Source of the DNA: Vitrella brassicaformis CCMP3155
Lineage: Eukaryota; Protista; Chromerida
Length of the DNA stretch: 64,000 bases
Direction: 5' to 3'
NCBI GenBank assembly: GCA_001179505.1
Contig: CDMY01000553.1
Coordinates: forward strand, 1 to 64,000
The stretch's first letter is position 1, and the number at the start of each line of letters is the position of its first letter. Below, in pieces: positions 12,351 to 25,177 of this stretch. Under the pieces are notes generated by a model, which worked only from the letters and a program-made list of their open reading frames with translations, was not told the DNA's origin and made no database searches. Both the position numbers and the translations under genes were made by a program.

Positions 12351-12509
12351 CCACCCATCCATCCATTCATTCATTCATTGTGTGCATATGTATGTATGTA
12401 TGTGTGTGTGTGTCTGGCTGCCTGCGCATGCATGCAGGTGGGTGGGTGAGTGAGTGACTGGGGGGATGGGTGTAACGAGGCGACCTCGGTCGTAACAGAA
12501 TCGGGCTCG

Positions 12510-12545
<36 letters not shown>

Positions 12546-12845
12546 NNNNNNNNNNNNNNNNNNNNNNNNNNNNNNNNNNNNNNNNNNNNNNNNNNNNNNN
12601 NNNNNNNNNNNNNNNNNNNNNNNNNNNNNNNNNNNNNNNNNNNNNNNNNNNNNNNNNNNNNNNNNNNNNNNNNNNNNNNNNNNNNNNNNNNNNNNNNNNN
12701 NNNNNNNNNNNNNNNNNNNNNNNNNNNNNNNNNNNNNNNNNNNNNNNNNNNNNNNNNNNNNNNNNNNNNNNNNNNNNNNNNNNNNNNNNNNNNNNNNNNN
12801 NNNNNNNNNNNNNNNNNNNNNNNNNNNNNNNNNNNNNNNNNNNNN
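12546..12845. other. Scaffold gap (300 N) preceded by a poly-C run
   Basis: N run; C homopolymer at about 12509-12545. Confidence 1.
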
Positions 12846-12914
12846 CCCCAGCTTCCCCGGGGTCCCCCGGCAGGATGAGGGCCACGATGCCACCCGCATC
12901 CGTGTCTGTGTCAG

Positions 12915-15366
12915 TCGTGCGCCGTCGAGCGAAGCGCCACCCCCAGCTGCCAAGGAGGAGGTGCCGCCCGTGCAGCCCATCGCCGTCTCGCGGATGCCCT
13001 CACTGCTCATGGCGGTCAGTCAGCCAGCACATTTGTGTGCCCTCTCTCTCTTTGATTGCAATGGATGGATGGATGGATGGATCATTGTGTGTCGGACTGA
13101 CTCCATTGGTTGGTTGCTTGCTTGATTGCAGGTGTACATATTCTCGGCTGTGTGTTTCATCGCGGCCCTGTACGGCCTCAGTCACCCCTCCACGGCCATG
13201 CACGGCAACATCGTCGGCATGGTCGGCATGGCGGCCGCAATCCTCGTCACCTTCACCGAGATCGGCTTCGGCGGCCAATACGTCCTCTTCTTCCTCCTGG
13301 CCCTGCCTGGCTTCGCGGGAGGCGTCTTGCTCTCCAGGCGCACACAGATGACCCAGACGCCACAGCTCATTGCCGGACTGCACGCCACCGTCGGCCTCGC
13401 GGCCATGCTCGTGGCCTTCGGCAACCTCCTCGGACCTGAACTCGACATCAAGACAGAACTCCTCGCGTAAGCATCGATTGGTGTCTGTCTGTGTTGGAAT
13501 TCCTTTCTCTCTGTCCGTCTGTCTGTCAGTCACAAGTTGGAGACCTACATTGGCGAGTTCATCGCGGCCGTGACGTTCGCTGGCAGTGTGGTGGCTTGCG
13601 GGAAGCTGACGGACCTGCTGCCCTCGGCCCCTCTGTCCTTCGGGCGGACAGCATTCCGCCACGCCACCAACGCCCTGATGCTGCTGCTCATCGCCGGGCT
13701 GGGCGTGGCCTTTGCGACGTCGGTGGACTTCGAGGTCAACCTGATGACGCTGGTGCTGAATGCGGTCTTCTCGGTCGTGTTTGGGTTTCTGCTGGTCATG
13801 GGCATCGGAGCGGCCGACATGCCTGTGGTCATCTCCATGCTCAACTCATACAGCGGATTCGCAATCGCCGCACTCGGATGGTGAGTTGGTAACACACACA
13901 AAGACACAAAGACACAGAGAGGGAGGAGGGAGGGGGGGAGAGATACATGTGCACATGTCGACAGACATCAGAAATGTGCGTGGTGTGGTGTGGTGTGTGG
14001 GTAACAAACAGGATGCTGGACAACAATCTGCTGATCATCACTGGGGCACTTATCGGTTCGTCCGGCGCCATCCTCTCATACGTCATGTGCAAAAACATGA
14101 ACCGGTCGGTCAGTGTGTGGCCACTCTGACCACCACCCCACCCCACACACATACAACACACATCTCTGTATGTCTGTGTGCATGTCTGTGTGTGTGTGTG
14201 TGCAGTTCGTTCATCAGTGTGATCGTGGGCGGCTTCGGTGCGGAGGGCGGAGCGGCCGACGTGGCGGCAGAGGGGATGGTGCTCGAGACGACAGCCAACG
14301 AGGTGGCCGAATTGCTCGTCGCCGCCGACGCCAAGCGCATCGTGATCGTGCCGGACTACGGAATGGCGGCCGCACGCGCAGCAGCCACCGTCGGAGAGGT
14401 CAGTCAGTGTGCAGTGCACACCACGCCACACACATGAGACAGACGCCCGCCATCCATCCATCCATCCATCTGTGTGTGTGATGTAGGTGTACGAGCTGTT
14501 GACTGCGCACGGCCTGGAGGTGTTGTTCGGCATCCATCCAGTGGCGGGCCGCATGCCGGGACAGATGAACGTGATACTGGCCGAGGCCGGCGTGCCCTAC
14601 GAGGCCGTCAAGGAGATAGACGACATCAACGCCATACTCGCTGACACGCAAAACCCCGTCGACATCGCTCTCGGTCAGCATGACCACACACACACACACA
14701 CACATCTGCTCGTGTATGTCTCTCTCTTTCTCTCTCTCCGTCTCTCTGTGCCTCGGCAGTGATTGGTGCCAACGACACGGTGAATCCGTCGGCCAAGGAG
14801 GCGGCGGGTCCCCTCGCCGGCATGCCCATCATCGACGTCCTCGAAGCCAAACGAGTCGTCGTCTTCAAACGCGGCGGCACAGGTGTGTGCGGCAAGGCAA
14901 CATAACAGCCCTCGTGCTTGTGCTGTCAGTCAGTGTGTGTCATTCATTGATGTGTGTGTGTGTGTGTCAGGAATGGGTTACGCGCGTGTGGACAATCCGC
15001 TCTTCACCCACCGCAAGACGCGCATTCTCTTCGGCAACGCCAAGGACACGCTGACCGACGTGCTGGCGACACTGCAGCAGCGGGCCCGGCTCGAGGGCGA
15101 GATGAGGCGCCACCCGGCCGAGACCTTCGTCGCACGACTCGAGGACGCCCGACGACAGGAGGCCGATGAGGACCAGAGGGAGCAGCAGGACCAGATGCCC
15201 ACACCAGCAAAGACACTCGGCGTCGTCAGAGAGACCACCGGCAACCTCATCGCTGTCGGTACGTGTGTCACTAAACAGAGAGAGAGGGAGACGGAGCCGT
15301 CGATGTGTGTGTGTGTGTGTGTTTAGTGCCCAAGACAGTGCCCAAGCTGCGTCGGATGGGCTTCGC
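12915..15366 (+). CDS. NNT: NAD(P) transhydrogenase segment B (beta dII, dIII, linker, start of alpha dI), bounded by gaps
   Basis: Exons nearly identical to copy A but in the opposite orientation. Continues through [19 protein letters not shown] and [13 protein letters not shown]. Confidence 0.9.
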
Positions 15367-15666
15367 NNNNNNNNNNNNNNNNNNNNNNNNNNNNNNNNNN
15401 NNNNNNNNNNNNNNNNNNNNNNNNNNNNNNNNNNNNNNNNNNNNNNNNNNNNNNNNNNNNNNNNNNNNNNNNNNNNNNNNNNNNNNNNNNNNNNNNNNNN
15501 NNNNNNNNNNNNNNNNNNNNNNNNNNNNNNNNNNNNNNNNNNNNNNNNNNNNNNNNNNNNNNNNNNNNNNNNNNNNNNNNNNNNNNNNNNNNNNNNNNNN
15601 NNNNNNNNNNNNNNNNNNNNNNNNNNNNNNNNNNNNNNNNNNNNNNNNNNNNNNNNNNNNNNNNNN
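15367..15666. other. Scaffold gap (300 N)
   Basis: N run. Confidence 1.
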
Positions 15667-15715
15667 GCATCCATCCATCTGTGTGTGTCCATTTTTCCAT
15701 CGATTTGTGATGTAG

Positions 15716-18259
15716 GTGTACGAGCTGTTGACTGCGCACGGCCTGGAGGTGTTGTTCGGCATCCACCCAGTGGCGGGCCGCATGCCGGGACAGATGAACG
15801 TGATACTGGCCGAGGCCGGCGTGCCCTACGAGGCCGTCAAGGAGATAGACGACATCAACGCCATACTCGCTGATTCACAAAACCCCGTCGACATCGCTCT
15901 CGGTCAGTCAGCGCGACCACACACACACACACATACACACACACATACACATCTGCTCGTGTATGTCTCTCTCTCTCTCTCTCTGTGCCTCGGCAGTGAT
16001 TGGTGCCAACGACACGGTGAATCCGTCGGCCAAGGAGGCGGCGGGTCCCCTCGCCGGCATGCCCATCATCGACGTCCTCGAAGCCAAACGAGTCGTCGTC
16101 TTCAAACGCGGCGGCACAGGTGTGTGCGGCAAGGCAACGTAACAGCCCTCGTGCTTGTGCTGTCAGTGTGTGTCATTCATGGATGTGTGTGTGTTGTGTG
16201 TGTGTCAGGAATGGGTTACGCGCGTGTGGACAATCCGCTCTTCACCCACCGCAAGACGCGCATGCTCTTCCGCAACGCCAAGGACACGCTGACCGACGTG
16301 CTGGCGACACTGCAGCAGCGGGCCCGGCTCGAGGGCGAGATGAGGCGCCACCCGGCCGAGACCTTCATCGCACGACTCGAGGACGCCCGACGACAGGAGG
16401 CCGATGAGGACCAGAGGGAGCAGCAGGACCAGATGCCCACACCAGCAAAGACACTCGGCGTCGTCAGAGAGACCACCGGCAACCTCATCGCTGTCGGTAC
16501 GTGTGTCACTAAACAGAGAGAGAGGGAGACGGAGCCGTCGATGTGTGTGTGTGTGTCCAGTGCCCAAGACAGTGCCCAAGCTGCGTCGGATGGGCTTCGC
16601 TGTGCTGGTCGAGACTGGTGCCGGTGAGTCGGCTGGCTACGCTGACGCCGACTTCACGCGATGGGGGGCTGAGGTCGTGGCGACCAAGCAGCAGACCATC
16701 CAAAGGGCTGACATCGTCATCAAGGTACCTACCGACACACATAAACACACACGACACACTACACAACATTCACACGGCTGTGTTGTCTGTGTGCAGGTTG
16801 GGCAGCACCGCCGATGAGGTGCAGCAGATGGGCTCGCCTGAGAACGGACAGAAGGTGAGTGAGCTGCCAGCGACAGGAAGACGACCGCCCCATCCATCCA
16901 CTGGTTGCTGTGTGTGTTTGTGTTGTGTGCAGGTGTTGGTGTGTATGATGAGCGCCGCCCGCAATGGCGACCTGCTGCAGTCCCTCGCCTCCCGCCAGAT
17001 CACATGCATCGCTGTCGACGAAGTGCCGCGCACCACTGCCGCCCAGTCGATGGACGTCCGCTCGGCTTTGTCGTCGCTCGCCGGCTATCGAGCCGTCCTC
17101 GAGGGCTTCAGTGCGCTCGGGGCGCTGAGCGGCACGTCGACCTTCGCTGTGGGCCGAGTGGACATGGCCAAGGTGCTCGTCATCGGCACGGGCGTGGCGG
17201 GACTCCAGGCCATCTCAACAGCAAAACGTACACACACGCATCAAACATCAATGGCACGCCGTTCTTCATTCCTCTCTGTCTGTACGTGTGTGTGTGTGTG
17301 TCATTCATTCGTTAAACAGTGTTGCAGGCTGACGTGGATGCGACTGACATCCGCCCCGACACCAAGGAGCAGGTCGAGTCGGTCGGCGGCAAGTTCATCG
17401 ACCCAGCTGCCCTCGCCCCCACACCGGCAGCCGCCGCAGCGGGAGTGGAGGCACCGACTGGCTACGCAACTGAGACCCCAGAGGAGCTGGCGCGGGCGCA
17501 GAAGGCCATGCTCGAGCGTGTGCTGCCGTCGATGGATCTGGTCATCTGCTCGGCCGCCAGGAAGGACAGCGCCCCTCTCATTCTCGACGCAGCACTGGTC
17601 AGTCAGCCCCATGCTTATGACAACAAGCAAAGCAAAGAGGAGGGGGAGGCAAGTGATGTGATGTGTGCACGTGTGTGTGTCCTTGCTTGCCTTGCATCAG
17701 GTGCGTGTGATGGGTCGCGGCAAGTGCATCGTCGACCTGACCACGAACTTCCCCCGCAGCAACTGCGAACTCGCCAGAAACGGTAAGTCGGTCACACTCA
17801 CACGGCCCAGCCGACCAAGAGAGGCCAACCAGCCACCAAGAGCGATGTCTGTCTGTCTGTCTGTGTGTGTCTGCCTGTGTGTGCAGATGAGTTGGTGGTT
17901 GACGGTGCATCTCGTGTCAAGGTTGTGGGCCTCAGCTCGCCGTCCGACCGCATGCCCGGCCAGGCCTCCCTCCTGTACTCGTCATGCGTCGCCAACCTCC
18001 TCAAGGCAAGCAGCGGGCTGCAGCCACCCGACACGACAAACACACACAGACAGACAGACAGACATGAGTGTGTGTGTGTCGATATATCTATGGGTCAGAG
18101 TGCGGGTGGCGCTGAGGGCTTCAGTGTGCAGGCGGATGCCGACGTCCGTGCCATGCTTGTCACGCATGAGGGGGCCGTCGTGTACACGGCCGAGCAGCCG
18201 CCCTCTCCCACAGCCATCTACGAGGGCGTCGAGGTAGCCGTCGAGGTGCCCGCCGAGCC
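15716..18259 (+). pseudogene. NNT: NAD(P) transhydrogenase segment C (dIII to alpha dI), frameshifted
   Basis: Repeats exons of segments B and D. The exon at 16797 is 2 nt shorter than in D, giving TGA at 16815-16817. Confidence 0.7.
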
Positions 18260-18559
18260 NNNNNNNNNNNNNNNNNNNNNNNNNNNNNNNNNNNNNNNNN
18301 NNNNNNNNNNNNNNNNNNNNNNNNNNNNNNNNNNNNNNNNNNNNNNNNNNNNNNNNNNNNNNNNNNNNNNNNNNNNNNNNNNNNNNNNNNNNNNNNNNNN
18401 NNNNNNNNNNNNNNNNNNNNNNNNNNNNNNNNNNNNNNNNNNNNNNNNNNNNNNNNNNNNNNNNNNNNNNNNNNNNNNNNNNNNNNNNNNNNNNNNNNNN
18501 NNNNNNNNNNNNNNNNNNNNNNNNNNNNNNNNNNNNNNNNNNNNNNNNNNNNNNNNNNN
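18260..18559. other. Scaffold gap (300 N)
   Basis: N run. Confidence 1.
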
Positions 18560-18610
18560 CACACACGACACACTACACAACATTCACACGGCTTGGCTGT
18601 CTGTGTGCAG

Positions 18611-20875
18611 CTTGGGCAGCCGACGGCCGATGAGGTGCAGCAGATGGGCTCGCCTGAGAACGGACAGAAGGTGAGCAGTGCTGCCGGGGAGAGGAGAGAG
18701 GGAGACGACCGCCCCATCCATCCACTGGTTGCTGTGTGTGTTTGTGTTGTGTGCAGGTGTTGGTGTGTATGATGAGCGCCGCCCGCAATGGCGACCTGCT
18801 GCAGTCCCTCGCCTCCCGCCAGATCACATGCATCGCTGTCGACGAAGTGCCGCGCACCACTGCCGCCCAGTCGATGGACGTCCGCTCGGCTTTGTCGTCG
18901 CTCGCCGGCTACCGGGCCGTGCTCGAGGGCTTCAGTGCGCTCGGGGCGCTGAGCGGCACGTCGACCTTCGCTGCGGGCCGTGTGGACATGGCCAAGGTGC
19001 TCGTCATCGGCACGGGCGTGGCGGGACTCCAGGCCATCTCTACAGCAAAACGTACACACACGCATCAAACATCAATGGCACGCCGTTCCTCATTCCTCTC
19101 TGTACGTGTGTGTGTGTGTGTCATTCGTTAAAAAGTGTTGCAGGCTGACGTGTATGCGACTGACATCCGCCCCGACACCAAGGAGCAGGTCGAGTCGGTC
19201 GGCGGCAAGTTCATCGACCCAGCTGCCCTCGCCCCCACACCGGCAGCCGCCGCAGCGGGAGTGGAGGCACCGACTGGCTACGCAACTGAGACCCCAGAGG
19301 AGCTGGCGCGGGCGCAGAAGGCGATGCTCGAGCGTGTGCTGCCGTCGATGGATCTGGTCATCTGCTCGGCCGCCAGGAAGGACAGCGCCCCACTCATTCT
19401 CGACGCAGCACTGGTCAGTCAGCCCCATGCTTATGACAACAAGCGAAGATCGAGGAGGGGGAGGCAAGTGATGTGATGTGTGCACGTGTGTGTGTCCTTG
19501 CTTGCCTTGCATCAGGTGCGTGTGATGGGTCGCGGCAAGTGCATCGTCGACCTGACCACGAACTTCCCCCGCAGCAACTGTGAACTCGCCAGAAACGGTT
19601 AGTCGGTCACACTCACACCGCCCAGCCGACCAAGAGAGGCCAACCAGCCACCAAGGGCGATGTCTGTGTGTCTGTCTGTGTCTGTGTGTGTGTGCAGATG
19701 AGTTGGTGGTTGACGGTGCATCTGGTGTCAAGATTGTGGGCCTCAGCTCGCCGTCCGACCGCATGCCCGGCCAGGCCTCCCTCCTGTACTCGTCATGCGT
19801 CGCCAACCTCCTCAAGGCAAGCAGCCAGCGCAGCGCAGCCACCCGACACGACAAACACACACAGACAGACAGACAGACATGAGCGTGTGTGTGTCGATAT
19901 ATCGATCGGTCAGAGTGCGGGTGGCGCTGAGGGCTTCAGTGTGCAGGCGGATGCCGACGTCCGTGCCATGCTTGTCACGCATGAGGGGGCCGTCGTGTAC
20001 ACGGCCGAGCAGCCGCCCTCTCCCACAGCCATCTACGAGGGCGTCGAGGTAGCCGTCGAGGTGCCCGCCGAGCCGGCCCCCGAGCACCCCACCGCCACAA
20101 GTGAGTGAGCAAACGCATCCAAACCACACAGACAGACACACAGACAGCGATGGATGACATATAATTAATGGTGTGGTGTGGCTGCGATCAGCGATTGAGA
20201 GTGTGTTGAAGCGTTTGCTGGCCAACGAAATTGTCTTCGCGGTATGTATGTCACATGGATGGATGGATGGATGGATGGATGCGTGTGTGTGTGGGCTGCT
20301 GTATGTGTGTGTGTGTGTGATGGGTGTGCAGTTGTTGGTGTCGGTGGGTGCGGTGTTGTTCTTTCTGCTGGGTTTCGTCATGGACGTGTTGGAGCTGTGC
20401 CACATGCTCTCCTTCACACTCGCAATCATCGTCGGATTCTTCTGTGTCTGGAGGTACATAAGCCACAGAAGCAGGGAGGCAGGGAGGGAGGGAGGCAGGG
20501 ACACACACATCCATTCACTTCACTCACTCGTGTGTATCTGTGTGTGTGTGTGTGTGTGGATCATCAACCAATCCATCAGCGTGACGCCGGCTCTGCACAC
20601 GCCACTGATGAGTGTGACCAACGCCATCAGCGGCATCGTCATCGTCGGCAGCATGATACAACTGGACCGAGTAAGTCATTAAGCTGCCAGACACACACAT
20701 GCGATGCGATCGATGTGTTTGTGCGCCTGTGGATGGATGGATGAATGTGTGTGTGCAGTGTGTGGCATGTCCGTCGTCCGTGTGCGGCGAGCTGGGCATC
20801 CTGCTGGCCAGCTTCAACATCGGCGGCGGCTTCACCATCACCACACGCATGCTGCAAATGTTCAGAGCCAAGTGA
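18611..20875 (+). CDS. NNT: NAD(P) transhydrogenase segment D (alpha dI and alpha dII, C-terminus)
   Basis: PRTTAAQSMD (RQD loop), LAGYRAV, KVLVIGTGVAGLQAI, DRMPGQASLLYS, VTPALHTPLMSVTNAISGIVIVG and NIGGGFTITTRMLQMFRAK*. Confidence 0.92.
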
Positions 20876-22402
20876 AGTCAACGACCGACCCACAAACCCA
20901 ACCATCGACACATACATTCGCACATGGATGGATGGATGGATGGATGGATGGACAACTGAGTGAGGAGTGAGTGGACGACAGAGACAGACAGACAGACGGA
21001 GAGACGACACGCTGACTGACTGACTGATCATGAACGAGTGAATGAATGACAAATCGACAGACACGTTAATTGCCATCGCTGTGTGTATCTGGGCTGAATC
21101 GCTGCCCCGCATTCATCCATCCGCAACAACAAGCATATAGACGGTGACCGATCTAGCTACTCGTGTGCCCCGCCACTCAACAGGCACTCCGCCGCTCTCT
21201 CGTCATCTCAGTACGTGCAAAATCAAGCCCACGACCCATGGGCCGCCAAACTCTCACAGCGTCTCATAGACAAGACACACCTGCTTATCAGATCAGACTG
21301 CTTTTCGTCCAAGAAAGGCCAAAATCTCATCATCAGCCAGGATGCGTCGCCCAGGATGAGAGCCCCAGTGCAGTGTGCAGTCAGAATGTTCCGGAAACTG
21401 CAGCATGTCACGCCTCAAAAGCCTCAGAACACTCCGTTGAGACGCAAGAGCCCCCAGGATTGCCAGTTCACATCGGCAAGACCTCTGGAGGGGGTTGGCA
21501 ATGCGCCTCCCCTCTCAGAGGTCCGACCCTTCCTCCTTCCTCCTAGGGCCTCGCCCCGCGGGTTGGTTCTTATACCGGACGTCTCCGCGAACCGAACCCG
21601 CGCCCTTTATAAAGGGACAGGGAAGCACCGGGTCCCCCGACTGGGCTGTGCTTGGACTGACCAAAGAGGAGGCCACTTCGGCTACACTCCGCCACTCGGC
21701 ATCTTCCATCTTTCAAATGGCCACCTTTCGCAGCCAAAAGCTCACAGACCCCTCACAAGACCCATACCATTAGGTTGGGGGCTCCAATTTCGCGAAAAAA
21801 AGCTAAAATCTCGCTGGGGCCGCTGGAGACGGGCCCCATTGCAGAGGACACTTCCCGATAGTAGTGTGTGCTGACAGACGCCTTATCAGCATGCCCATGA
21901 TGCAACCGACTGCTTCCTGATGCTTCTTGATCAAAAACGAGCCGAACAGAGACGGTTTTGAACCACACAGTGGTGTCACGGATGTGAGCCCCATTGCATT
22001 GTGCGCACGCAGCGCACCTTTGCAGCGCACCAGAGAGCTTGTGAGAAACACAGACGGTTAGGCAATGCACATCCGTGTCGAGAGAGAGGGCCGACTACCG
22101 TCGACCATGTACGAATCTTTTTTATTCATTCATTCATCGCTGCCTGTCTGTCTGTCTGTCTGTCTGTGTGTCTGTCTGCTATCTCTCTGCAGACGGGGGA
22201 GACATACATACGTATCCATGTGAGTTAGCATGAGGCGAGTGAAAGAGTGAGTATGCATCGAGTATGCAGGCACCTACATACATGAGTTTCATTCGAGTGA
22301 TTTGAGACGACAAAGTTTCATTCGTCATGTTGACTCATACGGCGCTCATTCGACATGGGCGTGGAATACATTCGTCTCTCGGTTGTGTGTTGACTCAGCC
22401 AC

Positions 22403-23635
22403 TCATTGCTCTGCCGACTTCTCCGTGTACACGCCTGCCTTCCTCGTCTGCCCACCATCGACGACAGATGCTGATGCGCCTGCTGTCACCGTGGGGACGC
22501 CAGGCGACACGGCCGACTGCACATAACACACACAAATCACCTATACAGACTGTGGTTGTGCGTGTGGCTGCCCGTCGTGCCTGTGTCATGACCGGCGAGC
22601 GTGTCTCATCCCACTCGACGCGCGTCTTTTGCTGGGCAAATCGTGAGCCAGCGCCAACCTGACGCAAGCAGCAGCAACACACACACAAAACATCGACCGA
22701 GAGACACACACAGAGCATCGATGCATCATCCATACCTTAAGTGGGTCTCCGATGCGCGAAACCGCGTTTAAGGGGAGCGCTGATGAAAGCACAGCGCTCT
22801 TCTTCTCACCCACAGGCGGCGGTGGTGTCTCTTCCTCGATGTGAGTCTGCTCGATGCTGTGTGCCTTGGCCGACGACTCCTCGATGGGTGCTGCTGCCGG
22901 CTGTGGCGGCGCCGCCGCCGCTGCCTCTTGTGTCTCTGCGGCATGTCTCTTGGCTGCTGCGATGTGCTTGCCCCACTCAGCTGTTGCGGCCATGTTCCTG
23001 ACTGTGCGCTCCACCTTGCCTAACCGCCGCTCACGCTCCACACTCGACTCCTCCATGTCCAGCATCTCTACACACAAAGACATCCATAGATCATGTCATG
23101 TGTGTTCGACACTGTGTGCACACGTGCCTTGTATCTGGTCGGCAGCTGATCGCATCGCGGTGAGTTTCGCCTGGTCGGTGAGTTTGTTGGTGTCCTCGTC
23201 TTCGGTGACCATGATGCCCATCATCGGCGGCCGCATTAGCTGTGTCACATACTGACCCCGGTGGAGCATAGCGGGGTCCAGCCGGCTGCGAGACTGAACG
23301 AAGCGGGGCAGGCCAGCCGCTGCTGTCCTCCTGCTCCTCACACCCTGACACACACCCATGCACACATACGTAGAGAGAGAGAGTGTCAATCGACGCCTCC
23401 GTGTTTTCAGTTTTGTGTGCTTCTCGCTCACATTGACTTCTCTCATGTCGTTTTGGAGACGTGTGTATGTTCGCTGAAATGCCTGCCACGTGTCCTTGAG
23501 CTCTGCCAGCTGCTTTTGGAGTGATTCATTGTCGGTCTGAGCGTCAGCAGTGGCCTCTGCTCCCTCGGTCGGCGGCAGCGAGTGACACACCACCAGCTGG
23601 CATGTCGCAAAGACAACAGTCAACAGGTGCGACAT
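22403..23635 (-). CDS. Hypothetical secreted coiled-coil protein
   Basis: MSHLLTVVFATCQLVVCHS leader, coiled coil ESLQKQLAELKDTWQAFQRTYTRLQNDMRE, and further GT-AG exons (EMLDMEESSVERERRLGKVERTVRNM). Confidence 0.55.
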
Positions 23636-23954
23636 TGGTGTGGTTGAGTGTTTGCTTGCTCTCAGAGTGAGCCAGAGGGCGTGTACACTATGTGTCAATG
23701 TGTGTACACTATACACGTCAACACGTCAACAATACATGTATGTATGAATAATGAATGCATAATTAACGGAAAACGGCCGTCATTCAACAATCCTTCAACA
23801 AGCCTTCATTCACTCGATCCTGTCACGCGGCGTCGTCCATCGACATGGCCTGCCTGCACACAGATACGCACACAGATACCCACACGAGATGCCTCGTTCA
23901 CGTGTGAGCTGTAGTGGGCGGTTTCGCCTTACTTAAGGACGTCGCCACACACGT

Positions 23955-24943
23955 TCACACCCACCCTGAGTCGTCCAACAGAGAAAGGAACCTCAGGCTG
24001 TGTTGTGGTCGTTTGCCTTTTCCGCTCACTCACCCTCCTTGTTGGCACTTGGCCAACACCTTCTTGATCTTGATGTACTTGTCCCGCCTCGGCGAGTCAT
24101 CAGACGCAGACGGGAGCAGGGTGAAAGGGGCGACTTCAGCTGGCTCAGCTATGAGCTGATTCGCCAGCCGCATGTACGTGTTGATGTCTTGTCTTCCCGA
24201 CTCCCCTGCACAACGAATGCATCGAGACAAAGCGAGAGATGACATCCGTGTCGCGTGCACGCTCAGGATTCGGGTCCCTTTCCTTCCTTCTCTGTCTGTC
24301 TGTTGTCGGCCCACGTACATGCGTCCTGTGCTTCTTTCTTGAGCTCCTTCGTGACATCCCCTCCTACCCCCTTGGCGACACTCTGCAGCCTCCTCATCGA
24401 ACTCTCAAACCTCTCCGTGACCTGCTCTAGGTCGGAACCGCCCTCATCCTCTGGTACGGACTTAGCCAACAACCGCATGGGCGAGAAGAAGTCCCTGTCC
24501 ATCCGCGACACGGACACAAACCTCGCCGACCCAGAAACTTTGAACTGATCCAGAACGTCGTCCCAATTGCTCGTGCGGATGTCCTCGGCCAAATCGAACA
24601 GATAGAAATCACCACTCAGCTGAAGCTGCGGGGCATACTGCCTGAAGCTCTTGATGGATGACGGCAGGGGAGGCTCCACGGCTACTGCATCGTCGAGCAA
24701 GAGAGCGTTGCTGACTGCCAGTGCTGCAGCTGGGAAGAATGCAAGAGCATCACGACGAGATGCCGCCTCAAGCTGCCCGCTCTCCGCTGACAGGGATGAG
24801 CGCCTTGGACTTCTCAAGACGGGCGGCACGAATGCACTCCGATAAGTCGCCCAGGCAGCAGCAGATCGGATGGCGTAGGGGCCATAGCATAACTCACCAA
24901 GATAGATCGTATGAATAACAGCGACAAGGATGATGATCCTCAT
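23955..24943 (-). CDS. Plastid thylakoid-lumen protein, possibly PsbQ-like
   Basis: Signal-like MRIIILVAVIHTIYLG, then SAF plus a basic transit-like stretch, twin-Arg SRRDALAFFPAAALAV and AVA cleavage motif, followed by a helical domain. The 3' end is tentative. Confidence 0.65.
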
Positions 24944-25177
24944 CGAATTCCCGATTTGCTGCCCCGCGCGCGGTCTTCCTCAGAACTCCCTCGGTCGTAG
25001 CTCGCATTTTTTTAGGACATTTCGTGAAACCGCTCTCTCCTGGATCCAACACACGAGAAGGTGGTCGCAAGTCGGCAGCGGCCTCCTGCGGTGTTCGACA
25101 ATCGAAACCATCGATTTCATCCATGACATGAGTCACTCATGAGTGTGAAGATCATCTGTTAGGAGCGTAGAGGGGAG

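Noticed and set aside
12367-19068. Long ORFs containing X runs
   Set aside because: Artefacts of translation through N gaps.
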